From the NCBI GenBank assembly GCA_937912005.1, contig CALDOX010000015.1, positions 180,303 through 244,302 on the forward strand: DNA of 64,000 nucleotides, given 5' to 3'. The stretch is from an uncultured Alphaproteobacteria bacterium (GTDB lineage: Bacteria; Pseudomonadota; Alphaproteobacteria; CAAGCB01; CAG-977). Position 1 is the stretch's first letter. Each line of letters starts with the position of its first letter. Shown piece by piece: positions 57,262 to 64,000 of this stretch. The notes below the pieces were generated by a model. It did not search any database, was not told the DNA's origin, and saw only the letters and a list, made by a program, of their open reading frames with translations. Position numbers and translations under genes: made by a program.

Positions 57262-58611
57262 ATGGACACTTATCTGAAAAACCTGATTGACGATATTGAT
57301 GCTTTGCCGGAATACCGCTGTTACGGTTCCGTTTGCGCGGTTAAAGGCATGCTGGTTGAAATATCCGGCATCCGCGCCGATTTGTCCGTCGGAGACAGAT
57401 GCTGTATCGGTGCGCGCGGCGATAAAAAAGTCGTCTGCGAAGTCGTCGGTTTCAATAATGACAAAGTGTTGGCGATGCCGTTTATGAATCTGGATGGCGT
57501 CGGTCCCGGCAATCCGGTAGATGTCAGCAATTCCCGTCCCGTCTTGTTTCCCGATGTGTCATGGCTGGGACGCGTCATCAACGCGATGGGCGAACCAGTG
57601 GACGGCAAAGGTCCTTTAATCAAAGGCAAAGTTCCTTGTCTGATTCACAACTCCCCTCCCCCAGCGCATTCCCGCGAGCGCGTTGCCGGCAAAGCCGATC
57701 TGGGCGTACGGGCGATTAACACTTTTCTGACGGTCTGCAAAGGGCAGCGTATGGGAATTTTCGCCGGTTCCGGCGTCGGCAAATCATCTTTGATGGCGAT
57801 GATGGCGCGCCATACGCAGTTGGACGTAACCGTTTTGGGATTGATCGGCGAACGTGGCCGCGAAGCCCGCGAATTTATTGAAGACGACCTGGGCGAAGAA
57901 GGCATGAAGCGCAGCGTCGTCGTCGTCGCGACTTCTGACGAATCTCCTCTGATGCGCCGACAGGCCGCCTATGTCGCGATGACCGTCGCCGAATATTTCC
58001 GCGATCTGAAACAAAACGTTTTATGTATGATGGACAGCATCACGCGTTTTGCCATGGCGCAGCGTGAAATCAGCCTGTCCGCCGGCGAACCGCCCGCAAC
58101 GAAAGGCTACACGCCGACCGTTTTCGCCGAACTGCCCCGATTGCTGGAACGCGCGGGACCGGGACCGATCGGCAAAGGTTCCATTACGGGACTGTTCACC
58201 GTGTTGGTGGACGGAGACGACCACAACGAACCGATCGCGGACGCCGTGCGCGGTATTTTGGACGGGCATATCGTTCTGGAACGCTCGATCGCCGAACGCA
58301 ACCGCTATCCGGCGATCAACCTGCTGCGCAGCATTTCCCGTACAATGCCGGGATGCAACAACGACGATGAAAACGCTCTGGTCAACCGTGCGCGGGCTTT
58401 AATGGCGACTTATCAGGATATGGAAGAATTAATTCGTCTGGGCGCGTACAAACGCGGTTCCAACGAACAGGTCGATGAATCGATTTTCTATCACGACAAA
58501 CTGGAAGCTTTCCTGTCGCAAAAGAAAAAGGAAAAATTCGATTTTGCGGCCGGTTATCAGCAGCTGAAAGACATTCTGGCGCAAAATCCTGCCGGCCCGT
58601 CTCAAAAGTAA
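57262..58611 (+). CDS. fliI: Flagellum-specific ATPase FliI.
   Basis: 449 aa. Walker A GSGVGKSSL, Walker B LCMMDSITR, F1/T3SS ATPase family. Confidence 0.9.
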   Translation: MDTYLKNLIDDIDALPEYRCYGSVCAVKGMLVEISGIRADLSVGDRCCIGARGDKKVVCEVVGFNNDKVLAMPFMNLDGVGPGNPVDVSNSRPVLFPDVSWLGRVINAMGEPVDGKGPLIKGKVPCLIHNSPPPAHSRERVAGKADLGVRAINTFLTVCKGQRMGIFAGSGVGKSSLMAMMARHTQLDVTVLGLIGERGREAREFIEDDLGEEGMKRSVVVVATSDESPLMRRQAAYVAMTVAEYFRDLKQNVLCMMDSITRFAMAQREISLSAGEPPATKGYTPTVFAELPRLLERAGPGPIGKGSITGLFTVLVDGDDHNEPIADAVRGILDGHIVLERSIAERNRYPAINLLRSISRTMPGCNNDDENALVNRARALMATYQDMEELIRLGAYKRGSNEQVDESIFYHDKLEAFLSQKKKEKFDFAAGYQQLKDILAQNPAGPSQK

Positions 58612-58621
58612 AAGGTAGCGA

Positions 58622-59080
58622 ATGGCCGGCAAAGATTTAAAAACCCTTATCCGTGTCCACAAGTTCGAACTGGACGAAAAACAAAGGCAGCTTGGCAACT
58701 TGCTGCGGTTTGAACAAGCTTTGCAAAACCGCAAAATCCTATTGGCCAAACGCTTTGTTGAAGAGGAGGAAGCCGCGAACTCCAGCCCTATTGCCGCTCT
58801 GACATTCGGAGCTTATGTCGATTGGCATGTTGAAGAAAACAAACGCGTTGACCGCGCCTTGGAGGAAAACAGACAGGAAATTCTGTTGATGCGCGACGAA
58901 ATCATCGAAGCGTATCAGGAGTTGAAAACTCTTGAAATCACGCAAGAAAATCGTGATAAACGCGAATTGGCTGAACTGGAACGCAAAACAAACGCCATGC
59001 TGGACGAAATCGGTCTGACCCTATACCGCCGCCGTCAGGAAACGGACAGAGAAGACGAAAAAAACAATGACGTTTCCTGA
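58622..59080 (+). CDS. fliJ: Flagellar export chaperone FliJ-like coiled-coil protein.
   Basis: 152 aa, charged and coiled-coil, immediately downstream of fliI. Confidence 0.55.
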   Translation: MAGKDLKTLIRVHKFELDEKQRQLGNLLRFEQALQNRKILLAKRFVEEEEAANSSPIAALTFGAYVDWHVEENKRVDRALEENRQEILLMRDEIIEAYQELKTLEITQENRDKRELAELERKTNAMLDEIGLTLYRRRQETDREDEKNNDVS

Positions 59081-59172
59081 ATCATTTTATCAAAAAACTG
59101 ATTTATAATGCCTTTTTCAACAAATTGTTTTATATTATCCGCAAACACAAAAGCTATCGAGAAGATCTTTAA

Positions 59173-60585
59173 ATGAACAAAAAATTAAAGCACTCCTTAT
59201 TATTATCCATTTATATCTTGGGATATACAAGCCTGTCTTTTGAACTGATTATTCTCAGACAATTTGTCAATTTTGTCGGTTCAAATACTTTGATCACGTC
59301 TATTATTATGGCGTTTATTCTGATGTTTTTGTCTCTCGGGTATTATTTGGGCTCTGTAATTCGTTTTTCAAAACACCCTATTCGAAAAAATATCATTAAA
59401 ACAGTTTATTGTCTCTCCGGCTGGTATATTTTAGCCTGCTCATTTCCAATCATCGGCAGCTTGTTTTACATACTGTATTCTTCAGGAATAACCTCCGCCA
59501 CCGCTCAAGTGACAATTATGTCATTGATCTTATTAATTTTCCCCTCTGTCGGCTTAGGATTTATCACATCCGTTATAGGCAGAATCGTCCACCATTCCGA
59601 TTCAAATTACACGGGACGCTTTATGGCTGTCGATACTCTCGGCAGCGTATCGGGATCTTTATTGACCACATTATTTTTTATGCCGTTATTAGGCGTATAT
59701 GCGGCCACAACTCTTCTGGTTTTTTTAACCGCCTGCGTTTTATTGTTGCTTTCCCCCTCCCGAAAAAAAATTTTTTCCCTTTCCTTTGTTGTTCTTATAA
59801 CAGCCGCCGCCCTTTTCAGCTCTAATGAAAAATTGCTGCAAAAAGATTCTTCTTTGGTTCTGGACGATGCCGTTTCAAGAATAGAAATTGTCGAAACAGA
59901 TCAGACCGACGGAGAATTTTTATCCAAACAAATGTTCATCAACGGCTCAAATTCTTCAAAAATATCCAAAAAAGACGACTTGATGTTCGGATACATAAAC
60001 TACATCAACAACACTTTTATCAATACGCTGCCTGCCGATAAAGTTCATAACATTCTTGTTCTGGGCGCCGGCGGTTTTACGGCCGGAAAAGACGACACGA
60101 GAAACAATTATGTTTATCTTGACGTCGTTAAAAACCTGAAACAGATTTCAGAAGATCTTTTCTTGGACGAACCGCTGACAAAAAACAAAACGTTTATCGC
60201 TCAAGACGCTTATCTGTTCATGCTTAAAGACAAGAAAAAATACGATCTGATATTAGTGGACGTTTATTCGGCACAGCGCAACATTCCCGTTAATTTTGTC
60301 ACGGCGGATTTCTTTGAAATGGTCAAAAACCATCTGGAAAAAAACGGTGTTATGCTTGTCAACATTATCACTTCGCCGTCATTTAAAAACAAATATGCGG
60401 CAAGATTGGACAACACGCTCCGTTCGGTTTTCCCACACTATTTATCCAGACAAATCATAGCAGGGAAACGGTCTTATAATCCATATGCGGACGATCTGCG
60501 CAATATCATATACACTTATTACAATTATCCGTATGATAACGGAATTTACACTCTGAACAAGAATTCGGCCGTCTTTGGTCAATAA
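59173..60585 (+). CDS. Membrane-anchored spermidine/spermine synthase-family protein (polytopic N-terminus fused to an aminopropyltransferase-like domain).
   Basis: 6-7 N-terminal TM helices. The C-terminal region carries VLGAGGFTAGKDD and YDLILVDVYSA, resembling spermine_synth family motifs. Local GC is about 35%. Confidence 0.6.
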   Translation: MNKKLKHSLLLSIYILGYTSLSFELIILRQFVNFVGSNTLITSIIMAFILMFLSLGYYLGSVIRFSKHPIRKNIIKTVYCLSGWYILACSFPIIGSLFYILYSSGITSATAQVTIMSLILLIFPSVGLGFITSVIGRIVHHSDSNYTGRFMAVDTLGSVSGSLLTTLFFMPLLGVYAATTLLVFLTACVLLLLSPSRKKIFSLSFVVLITAAALFSSNEKLLQKDSSLVLDDAVSRIEIVETDQTDGEFLSKQMFINGSNSSKISKKDDLMFGYINYINNTFINTLPADKVHNILVLGAGGFTAGKDDTRNNYVYLDVVKNLKQISEDLFLDEPLTKNKTFIAQDAYLFMLKDKKKYDLILVDVYSAQRNIPVNFVTADFFEMVKNHLEKNGVMLVNIITSPSFKNKYAARLDNTLRSVFPHYLSRQIIAGKRSYNPYADDLRNIIYTYYNYPYDNGIYTLNKNSAVFGQ

Positions 60586-60586
60586 T

Positions 60587-61273
60587 ATGACAATGGAAGA
60601 AAAAATTTTTCAACGCTCAAACGTTGATTTTTCAAAACTCGAACCATACGGTTTTAAGAAAAAAGGAACGGATTTTATTCTGGAACAATCTTTGATGAAC
60701 GGTGCGTTTAAAGCCGTTATCATGATTGACGGAAACGGAACCGTTTCAGGACAGGTCTATGATTCCGACGCCGGCGACATATATCTGCCTTTGCGTGTTG
60801 AAACCAATGCGGGCGGATTTGCGGAACAGGTCAGGACAGCATACAAAGACGTTTTGGAAGACATTCGCGAAAAATGCTTCATTCCGAAAGCTTTTATCGG
60901 TGATCAGACCAACCGCATCACGCAGAAAATTTTTGAACTTTACGGCGACGCACCCGCATTTCCGTGGGAAAAATACGACGATTGCGGCGTGTTCAAAAAT
61001 CCGAACAGCGGCAAATGGTACGCGCTGATTATGAACATCGATAAAAGCAAACTGGATAAGAAGCTGTCCGGCGCCGTTGAAATAATGAACCTGAAATTGT
61101 CCGTGGAAAAGATTCCCGAACTGTTGAAAACGAACGGTTTTTATCCCGCTTATCACATGAATAAAAAAAGCTGGATCACTGTTACTTTAGATGACGCTCT
61201 GCCGGACGAAACCGTTATGGCATTAATAGAAGAAAGTCATTCTTTTTCTTGTTTAAAAAAGAAACGACTTTGA
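60587..61273 (+). CDS. YjbR/MmcQ-family domain protein (N-terminal extension plus C-terminal YjbR domain).
   Basis: The C-terminus KWYALIMNID...MNLKLSVEKIPELLKTNGFYPAYHMNKKSWITVTLDD matches the YjbR family. The start is taken at the ATG just after the upstream stop. Confidence 0.55.
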   Translation: MTMEEKIFQRSNVDFSKLEPYGFKKKGTDFILEQSLMNGAFKAVIMIDGNGTVSGQVYDSDAGDIYLPLRVETNAGGFAEQVRTAYKDVLEDIREKCFIPKAFIGDQTNRITQKIFELYGDAPAFPWEKYDDCGVFKNPNSGKWYALIMNIDKSKLDKKLSGAVEIMNLKLSVEKIPELLKTNGFYPAYHMNKKSWITVTLDDALPDETVMALIEESHSFSCLKKKRL

Positions 61274-62239
61274 TCAGACTTCGTTTTGCGCCAAAGTATC
61301 CTGCAACGTCTTCGCTGATTTTTGCAGATCGGCTTTTTCCGTTTCGCTTAACTGCAGCGGAACCAGCGTTTCAATGCCGTCTTTACCGACGACAGCCGGC
61401 ATGCTCAAAGAAATACCTTCAATGCCATATTCGCCATGCATCATCGAAGAAACGGGCAGAATGGATTTTTCATCGCGCACGATCGCTTCGCAAATTCTTT
61501 TAACGGACATAGCGATACCGTAATAAGTCGCTCTTTTGCGCTTGATGATTTCATAAGCGCTGTTCTTTACGTCGGCTGCGATCTTTTGAATTGCTTCGTC
61601 GTGGTTGAAATGACCGCGCATCTCACAAAACTTGTGCAGCGGAATGCCGGACACATTCGCAGACGACCACGCCGCGATTTCCGAATCCCCGTGTTCGCCG
61701 ATGATAAAAGCGTGAACGCTGCGCGGATCGACGTTTAAATGCGCGCCCAGTTCCGATTTCAAACGCGCCGTGTCCAGAACCGTCCCCGACCCGAATACGC
61801 GGTTTTCCGGCAGTCCCGACAGCTTTTGCGCAACGGTTGTCAGAATATCAACCGGATTGGCGACAATTAAAAGAATACCTCTGAAATTCCGCTTTTTGAT
61901 TTCCGGAAGAATTGATTTGAAAATGGAAATGTTCTTTTTGACCAAATCCAGACGCGTTTCCCCCGGCTTCTGGTTTGCGCCCGCCGTGATGATGATCAAC
62001 GACGCGTTTTTGATGTCGTCATAGCCGCCCGCGTAAATCTTGATCGGCTTGGCAAATGGAACGCCGTGGCTGATGTCCAGAGCTTCCCCTTCCGCCTTGG
62101 CAGGATCCGAATCAATCAGAACCATTTCCGAAAACAGCCCCGACTGCATCAGGCTGAAAGCGCTAGCCGCTCCGACAAAACCGCATCCGACAACTGCGAC
62201 TTTTCTGGTATTGGTGCAATGTAAGCAATCTCTTTCCAT
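61274..62239 (-). CDS. ldh: L-lactate dehydrogenase.
   Basis: N-terminus KVAVVGCGFVGAASAF (Rossmann fold). The LDH/MDH family catalytic region reads IGEHGDS, with DxxR typical of L-LDH. Confidence 0.85.
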   Translation of the reverse strand: MERDCLHCTNTRKVAVVGCGFVGAASAFSLMQSGLFSEMVLIDSDPAKAEGEALDISHGVPFAKPIKIYAGGYDDIKNASLIIITAGANQKPGETRLDLVKKNISIFKSILPEIKKRNFRGILLIVANPVDILTTVAQKLSGLPENRVFGSGTVLDTARLKSELGAHLNVDPRSVHAFIIGEHGDSEIAAWSSANVSGIPLHKFCEMRGHFNHDEAIQKIAADVKNSAYEIIKRKRATYYGIAMSVKRICEAIVRDEKSILPVSSMMHGEYGIEGISLSMPAVVGKDGIETLVPLQLSETEKADLQKSAKTLQDTLAQNEV

Positions 62240-62330
62240 AATATCATCCTTCTTTTTTGAAACGAGCCTTTGTTTAAATAGGATCAAACCTAGCCAAAAT
62301 CAATATATCCCAAAATATATTTTTTTACCC

Positions 62331-62358
62331 CTTGCGCTTTGAAAACAGCGTCCTATCT
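62331..62358 (+). promoter_or_regulatory. Candidate sigma-32 (RpoH)-type promoter for the Hsp20 operon: CTTG-N18-CCTATCT.
   Basis: cCTTGcgctttgaaaacagcgtCCTATCTg lies about 60 nt upstream of the first hsp20. It has the same architecture as the clpB promoter candidate. Confidence 0.45.
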
Positions 62359-62416
62359 GAACATCAGAAGCCGAGAAAGAAAAGCTTGGCACAGTATCTT
62401 GAAAAGGAGAAAGATT

Positions 62417-62878
62417 ATGTCCAATATGGTTACAAGAAAATATGACAGCGAACCGCGCACAACGGATGTTTGGGGATTGCAGTCTGACATCAACCGCCTG
62501 TTTGACACTTTTATGATGCCGTTTGAAAGAACGGTGGTCGGAAAGGATTTGGCTCCGAAACTGGATGTCGCGGAAATGAAGGACAAATATGAAATCAAAG
62601 CGGAACTGCCGGGAATTGACGAAAAAGACATCGACGTGTCAATGGATGACGGCGTTCTGACGATCAGCGGCGAAAAGAAAGCCGAAGCCGAAAGCGACGA
62701 CAAAGGATACTATCTGAAAGAATGCTCTTACGGTTCGTTCAGCCGATCAATCCGTTTGCCGGAAAATATTGCCGATGATAAAATCATCGCGAAATTCGAC
62801 AAGGGCGTTTTAATGATCGACCTTCCCAAAAAAGAACCGACAGTTGCAAAAACGAAAAAAATCGCGATTACCCATTAA
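62417..62878 (+). CDS. Small heat-shock protein (Hsp20/alpha-crystallin family), cytoplasmic.
   Basis: Alpha-crystallin domain (PKLDVAEMKDKYEIKAELPGIDEKDIDVSMDDGVLTISGE...GSFSRSIRLP). RBS AAGGAG. Confidence 0.85.
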   Translation: MSNMVTRKYDSEPRTTDVWGLQSDINRLFDTFMMPFERTVVGKDLAPKLDVAEMKDKYEIKAELPGIDEKDIDVSMDDGVLTISGEKKAEAESDDKGYYLKECSYGSFSRSIRLPENIADDKIIAKFDKGVLMIDLPKKEPTVAKTKKIAITH

Positions 62879-62889
62879 GAAGAAAAGTC

Positions 62890-63369
62890 GTGAATAAACT
62901 TCTATTCTCTTTAACGGCTGCTGCCGCCCTGATGACGGCAGCGCCTGTCAATGCGCAGGCTGTCCGCGTCAGAGACCCGTTCAATTCGTTTTTCGATGCA
63001 ATGATGTTTGCTCCGCAGCCATTTGAAATGCCGCAATTTGCGGGACCGAAAATGGATGTGGCGGATTTAAAGGACAAAATCGAAGTGAAAGTCGAGCTGC
63101 CCGGCATGGAAAAGGACGAAGTAACGCTGACGTGCGAAAACAACGTTCTGACGCTCAGCGGAAACCGCAAACAGGAAACGGAGGAAAAAAGCAAGGATTA
63201 CTATCTGAAGGAAATTTCCTCCGGCTCTTTCAGCCGGTCGATCCGCCTGCCGCAAAATATTGACGAATCAAAAATCGAAGCGGAATTTAAAAACGGCGTT
63301 CTGACCGTCATCATTCCGAAAACGGAAGTTACAAAAGATCCCGTAAAAACGATCCCGATCAAAGGATAG
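62890..63369 (+). CDS. Hsp20-family small heat-shock protein with a predicted Sec signal peptide (periplasmic sHSP).
   Basis: N-terminus MNKLLFSLTAAAALMTAAPVNAQA (n-h-c regions with AxA-like VNA-QA), followed by the alpha-crystallin domain (MDVADLKDKIEVKVELPGMEKDEVTLTCENNVLTLSGN...GSFSRSIRLP). GTG start, 11 nt after the first hsp20. Confidence 0.7.
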   Translation: MNKLLFSLTAAAALMTAAPVNAQAVRVRDPFNSFFDAMMFAPQPFEMPQFAGPKMDVADLKDKIEVKVELPGMEKDEVTLTCENNVLTLSGNRKQETEEKSKDYYLKEISSGSFSRSIRLPQNIDESKIEAEFKNGVLTVIIPKTEVTKDPVKTIPIKG

Positions 63370-63378
63370 TATCCAAAG

Positions 63379-63406
63379 CCGCCGGAAAATTCCCGACGGC
63401 TTTTTT
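63379..63406. terminator. Probable bidirectional terminator between hsp20-2 and the GNAT gene.
   Basis: aagccgccgg-aaaattc-ccgacggct followed by TTTTTTTT. Confidence 0.45.
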
Positions 63407-64000
63407 TTATGCTTCAAACAACTGTCCGGGCAGTTTCAGTTTTTCCTTCGGCGGGAAGGTCGCTTCGTAAGCGTCAAAAGCTTCCGGATTGTTCTGACAG
63501 ACGAAGTATCCTTCCGGATCGCGAAAAACGCCTTTGACGCCGTTGAAATATCCGGCGGTCAGTTCGCGGCACAGCAGATATTCGGCCTCCGGATCGTCGG
63601 CGTACCGGATGCCTTTCGTCTTGGCGACGACAAAGCCCGACTTGCCGTAAAAGTCGATGTTTCCTTCGATCACAATGCCGCCGGCATTCATCGCTTTCGC
63701 CTTTTCCAGCGACGCGTCCAACAGATATTTGCCGTATCCTTGCCTTTTCAATTCCGGCGCGATGCAGATCGGCCCGAAAACCATAATCGGCAATCTTCCG
63801 CCGTTGTCCAGTTCCAACGCCGTTCGCACATACATCACCTGTCCGATGATTTGTCCGTCCTTTTCCAACACCAGATCCAGTTCCGGCACAAAAACCGGAT
63901 TGTCCCGAAAGCAGTGCATCACATAGTGTTCCATACACCCCGGACGGTACACGTTCCAAAAAGATTCCCTGATCAGATTTTCGACCGCGCGCCAATCGTC
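63407..64000 (-). CDS. GNAT-family N-acetyltransferase (partial; the N-terminus lies beyond the window end).
   Basis: The frame is open to 64000 (..DDWRAVENLIRESFWNVYRPG..). Acetyl-CoA binding motif QGYGKYLL. Confidence 0.7.
   Translation of the reverse strand, partial: DDWRAVENLIRESFWNVYRPGCMEHYVMHCFRDNPVFVPELDLVLEKDGQIIGQVMYVRTALELDNGGRLPIMVFGPICIAPELKRQGYGKYLLDASLEKAKAMNAGGIVIEGNIDFYGKSGFVVAKTKGIRYADDPEAEYLLCRELTAGYFNGVKGVFRDPEGYFVCQNNPEAFDAYEATFPPKEKLKLPGQLFEA

Noticed and set aside
62385-62401. Sigma-54-like TGGCAC-N5-CTTGA element upstream of hsp20
   Set aside because: The -12 element lacks the essential GC dinucleotide. It would also place the TSS inside the RBS. The CTTG-N18-CCTATCT sigma-32-type element further upstream fits the biology better.
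63474-63995. 173-aa minus-strand ORF overlapping the GNAT gene
   Set aside because: Alternative frame of the same strand region. Its translation is Arg/Gly-rich nonsense, whereas the GNAT frame has the acetyl-CoA binding motif.
1-64000. CRISPR arrays, rRNA/tRNA genes, IS elements/integrases, prophage
   Set aside because: I saw no direct-repeat/spacer periodicity and no tRNA-like conserved arms in the intergenic regions. No transposase or integrase ORFs are present. The two low-GC islets lack mobility genes, so they are reported only as compositional anomalies.

Overview
This 64 kb window is an alphaproteobacterial chromosomal segment of roughly 45-50% GC. Three things identify the lineage: CtrA, a Caulobacter-type fliF-fliG-fliH-fliN-flbD flagellar operon, and CTTG-N17/18-CCTATAT sigma-32 promoters. 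I could call no rRNA, tRNA, CRISPR array, transposase or integrase.

Layout, left to right:
- 1-10.6 kb: a co-directional minus-strand housekeeping block, lysC, a FabK-like NMO-family oxidoreductase, a RodZ-like gene, ispG, hisS, prfA, prmC, a DUF4167 gene and clpB. clpB is truncated by the window start.
- 10.7-16.5 kb: small genes for a cupin, ComF, a PEBP-family lipoprotein, a secreted hypothetical, LOG, MlaA and MlaC.
- 16.7-17.3 kb: rpsD.
- 17.4-36.1 kb: a large flagellar locus. A sigma-54-promoted fliK-flgD-flgE operon carries a giant 1079-aa FlgE. It is followed by a ~12 kb class-II-type operon, fliF-fliG-fliH-fliN-flbD-flhA-flhF-fleN. That operon continues, translationally coupled, into a proline-rich protein with a FliK-like C-terminus and a J-domain/SH3 membrane protein.
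- 36-41 kb: a DUF2726 protein, an aminotransferase, and a eukaryote-like type-2 ileS.
- 41.2-45.4 kb: a 1388-aa two-TM coiled-coil protein with TipN-like topology.
- 45.5-48.2 kb: a STAS anti-sigma antagonist followed by a single 765-aa polypeptide that fuses a membrane sensor, HAMP, a PP2C phosphatase and an RsbW-like kinase. It sits directly upstream of rpoH.
- 49.3-54.5 kb: a triple-fused LplT-Aas lysophospholipid transporter/acyltransferase/acyl-ACP synthetase, and an ABC-F ATPase.
- 54.7-56.0 kb: a low-GC islet encoding a zinc-ribbon/DUF805 membrane protein and a glycine-zipper protein.
- 56.0-56.4 kb: a terminator-dense intergenic region that may hold an sRNA.
- 56.4-59.1 kb: ctrA, divergent from fliI-fliJ. 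A perfect TTAA-N7-TTAAC CtrA box lies between them.
- 59.2-61.3 kb: a second low-GC islet, a membrane-anchored spermidine-synthase-like protein and a YjbR-domain protein.
- 61.3-64 kb: ldh, two tandem Hsp20 genes (the second with a Sec signal peptide) behind a sigma-32-type promoter, and a GNAT acetyltransferase truncated by the window end.

The observations I consider most worth follow-up:
- the oversized hook protein;
- the extended flagellar operon ending in a FliK-like protein and a J-domain protein;
- the fused partner-switching module next to rpoH;
- the TipN-like polarity candidate;
- the two compositionally foreign islets.

All calls rest on reading the translated ORFs and the sequence directly; no database search was run. 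Hand-derived coordinates for short motifs may be off by 1 nt.
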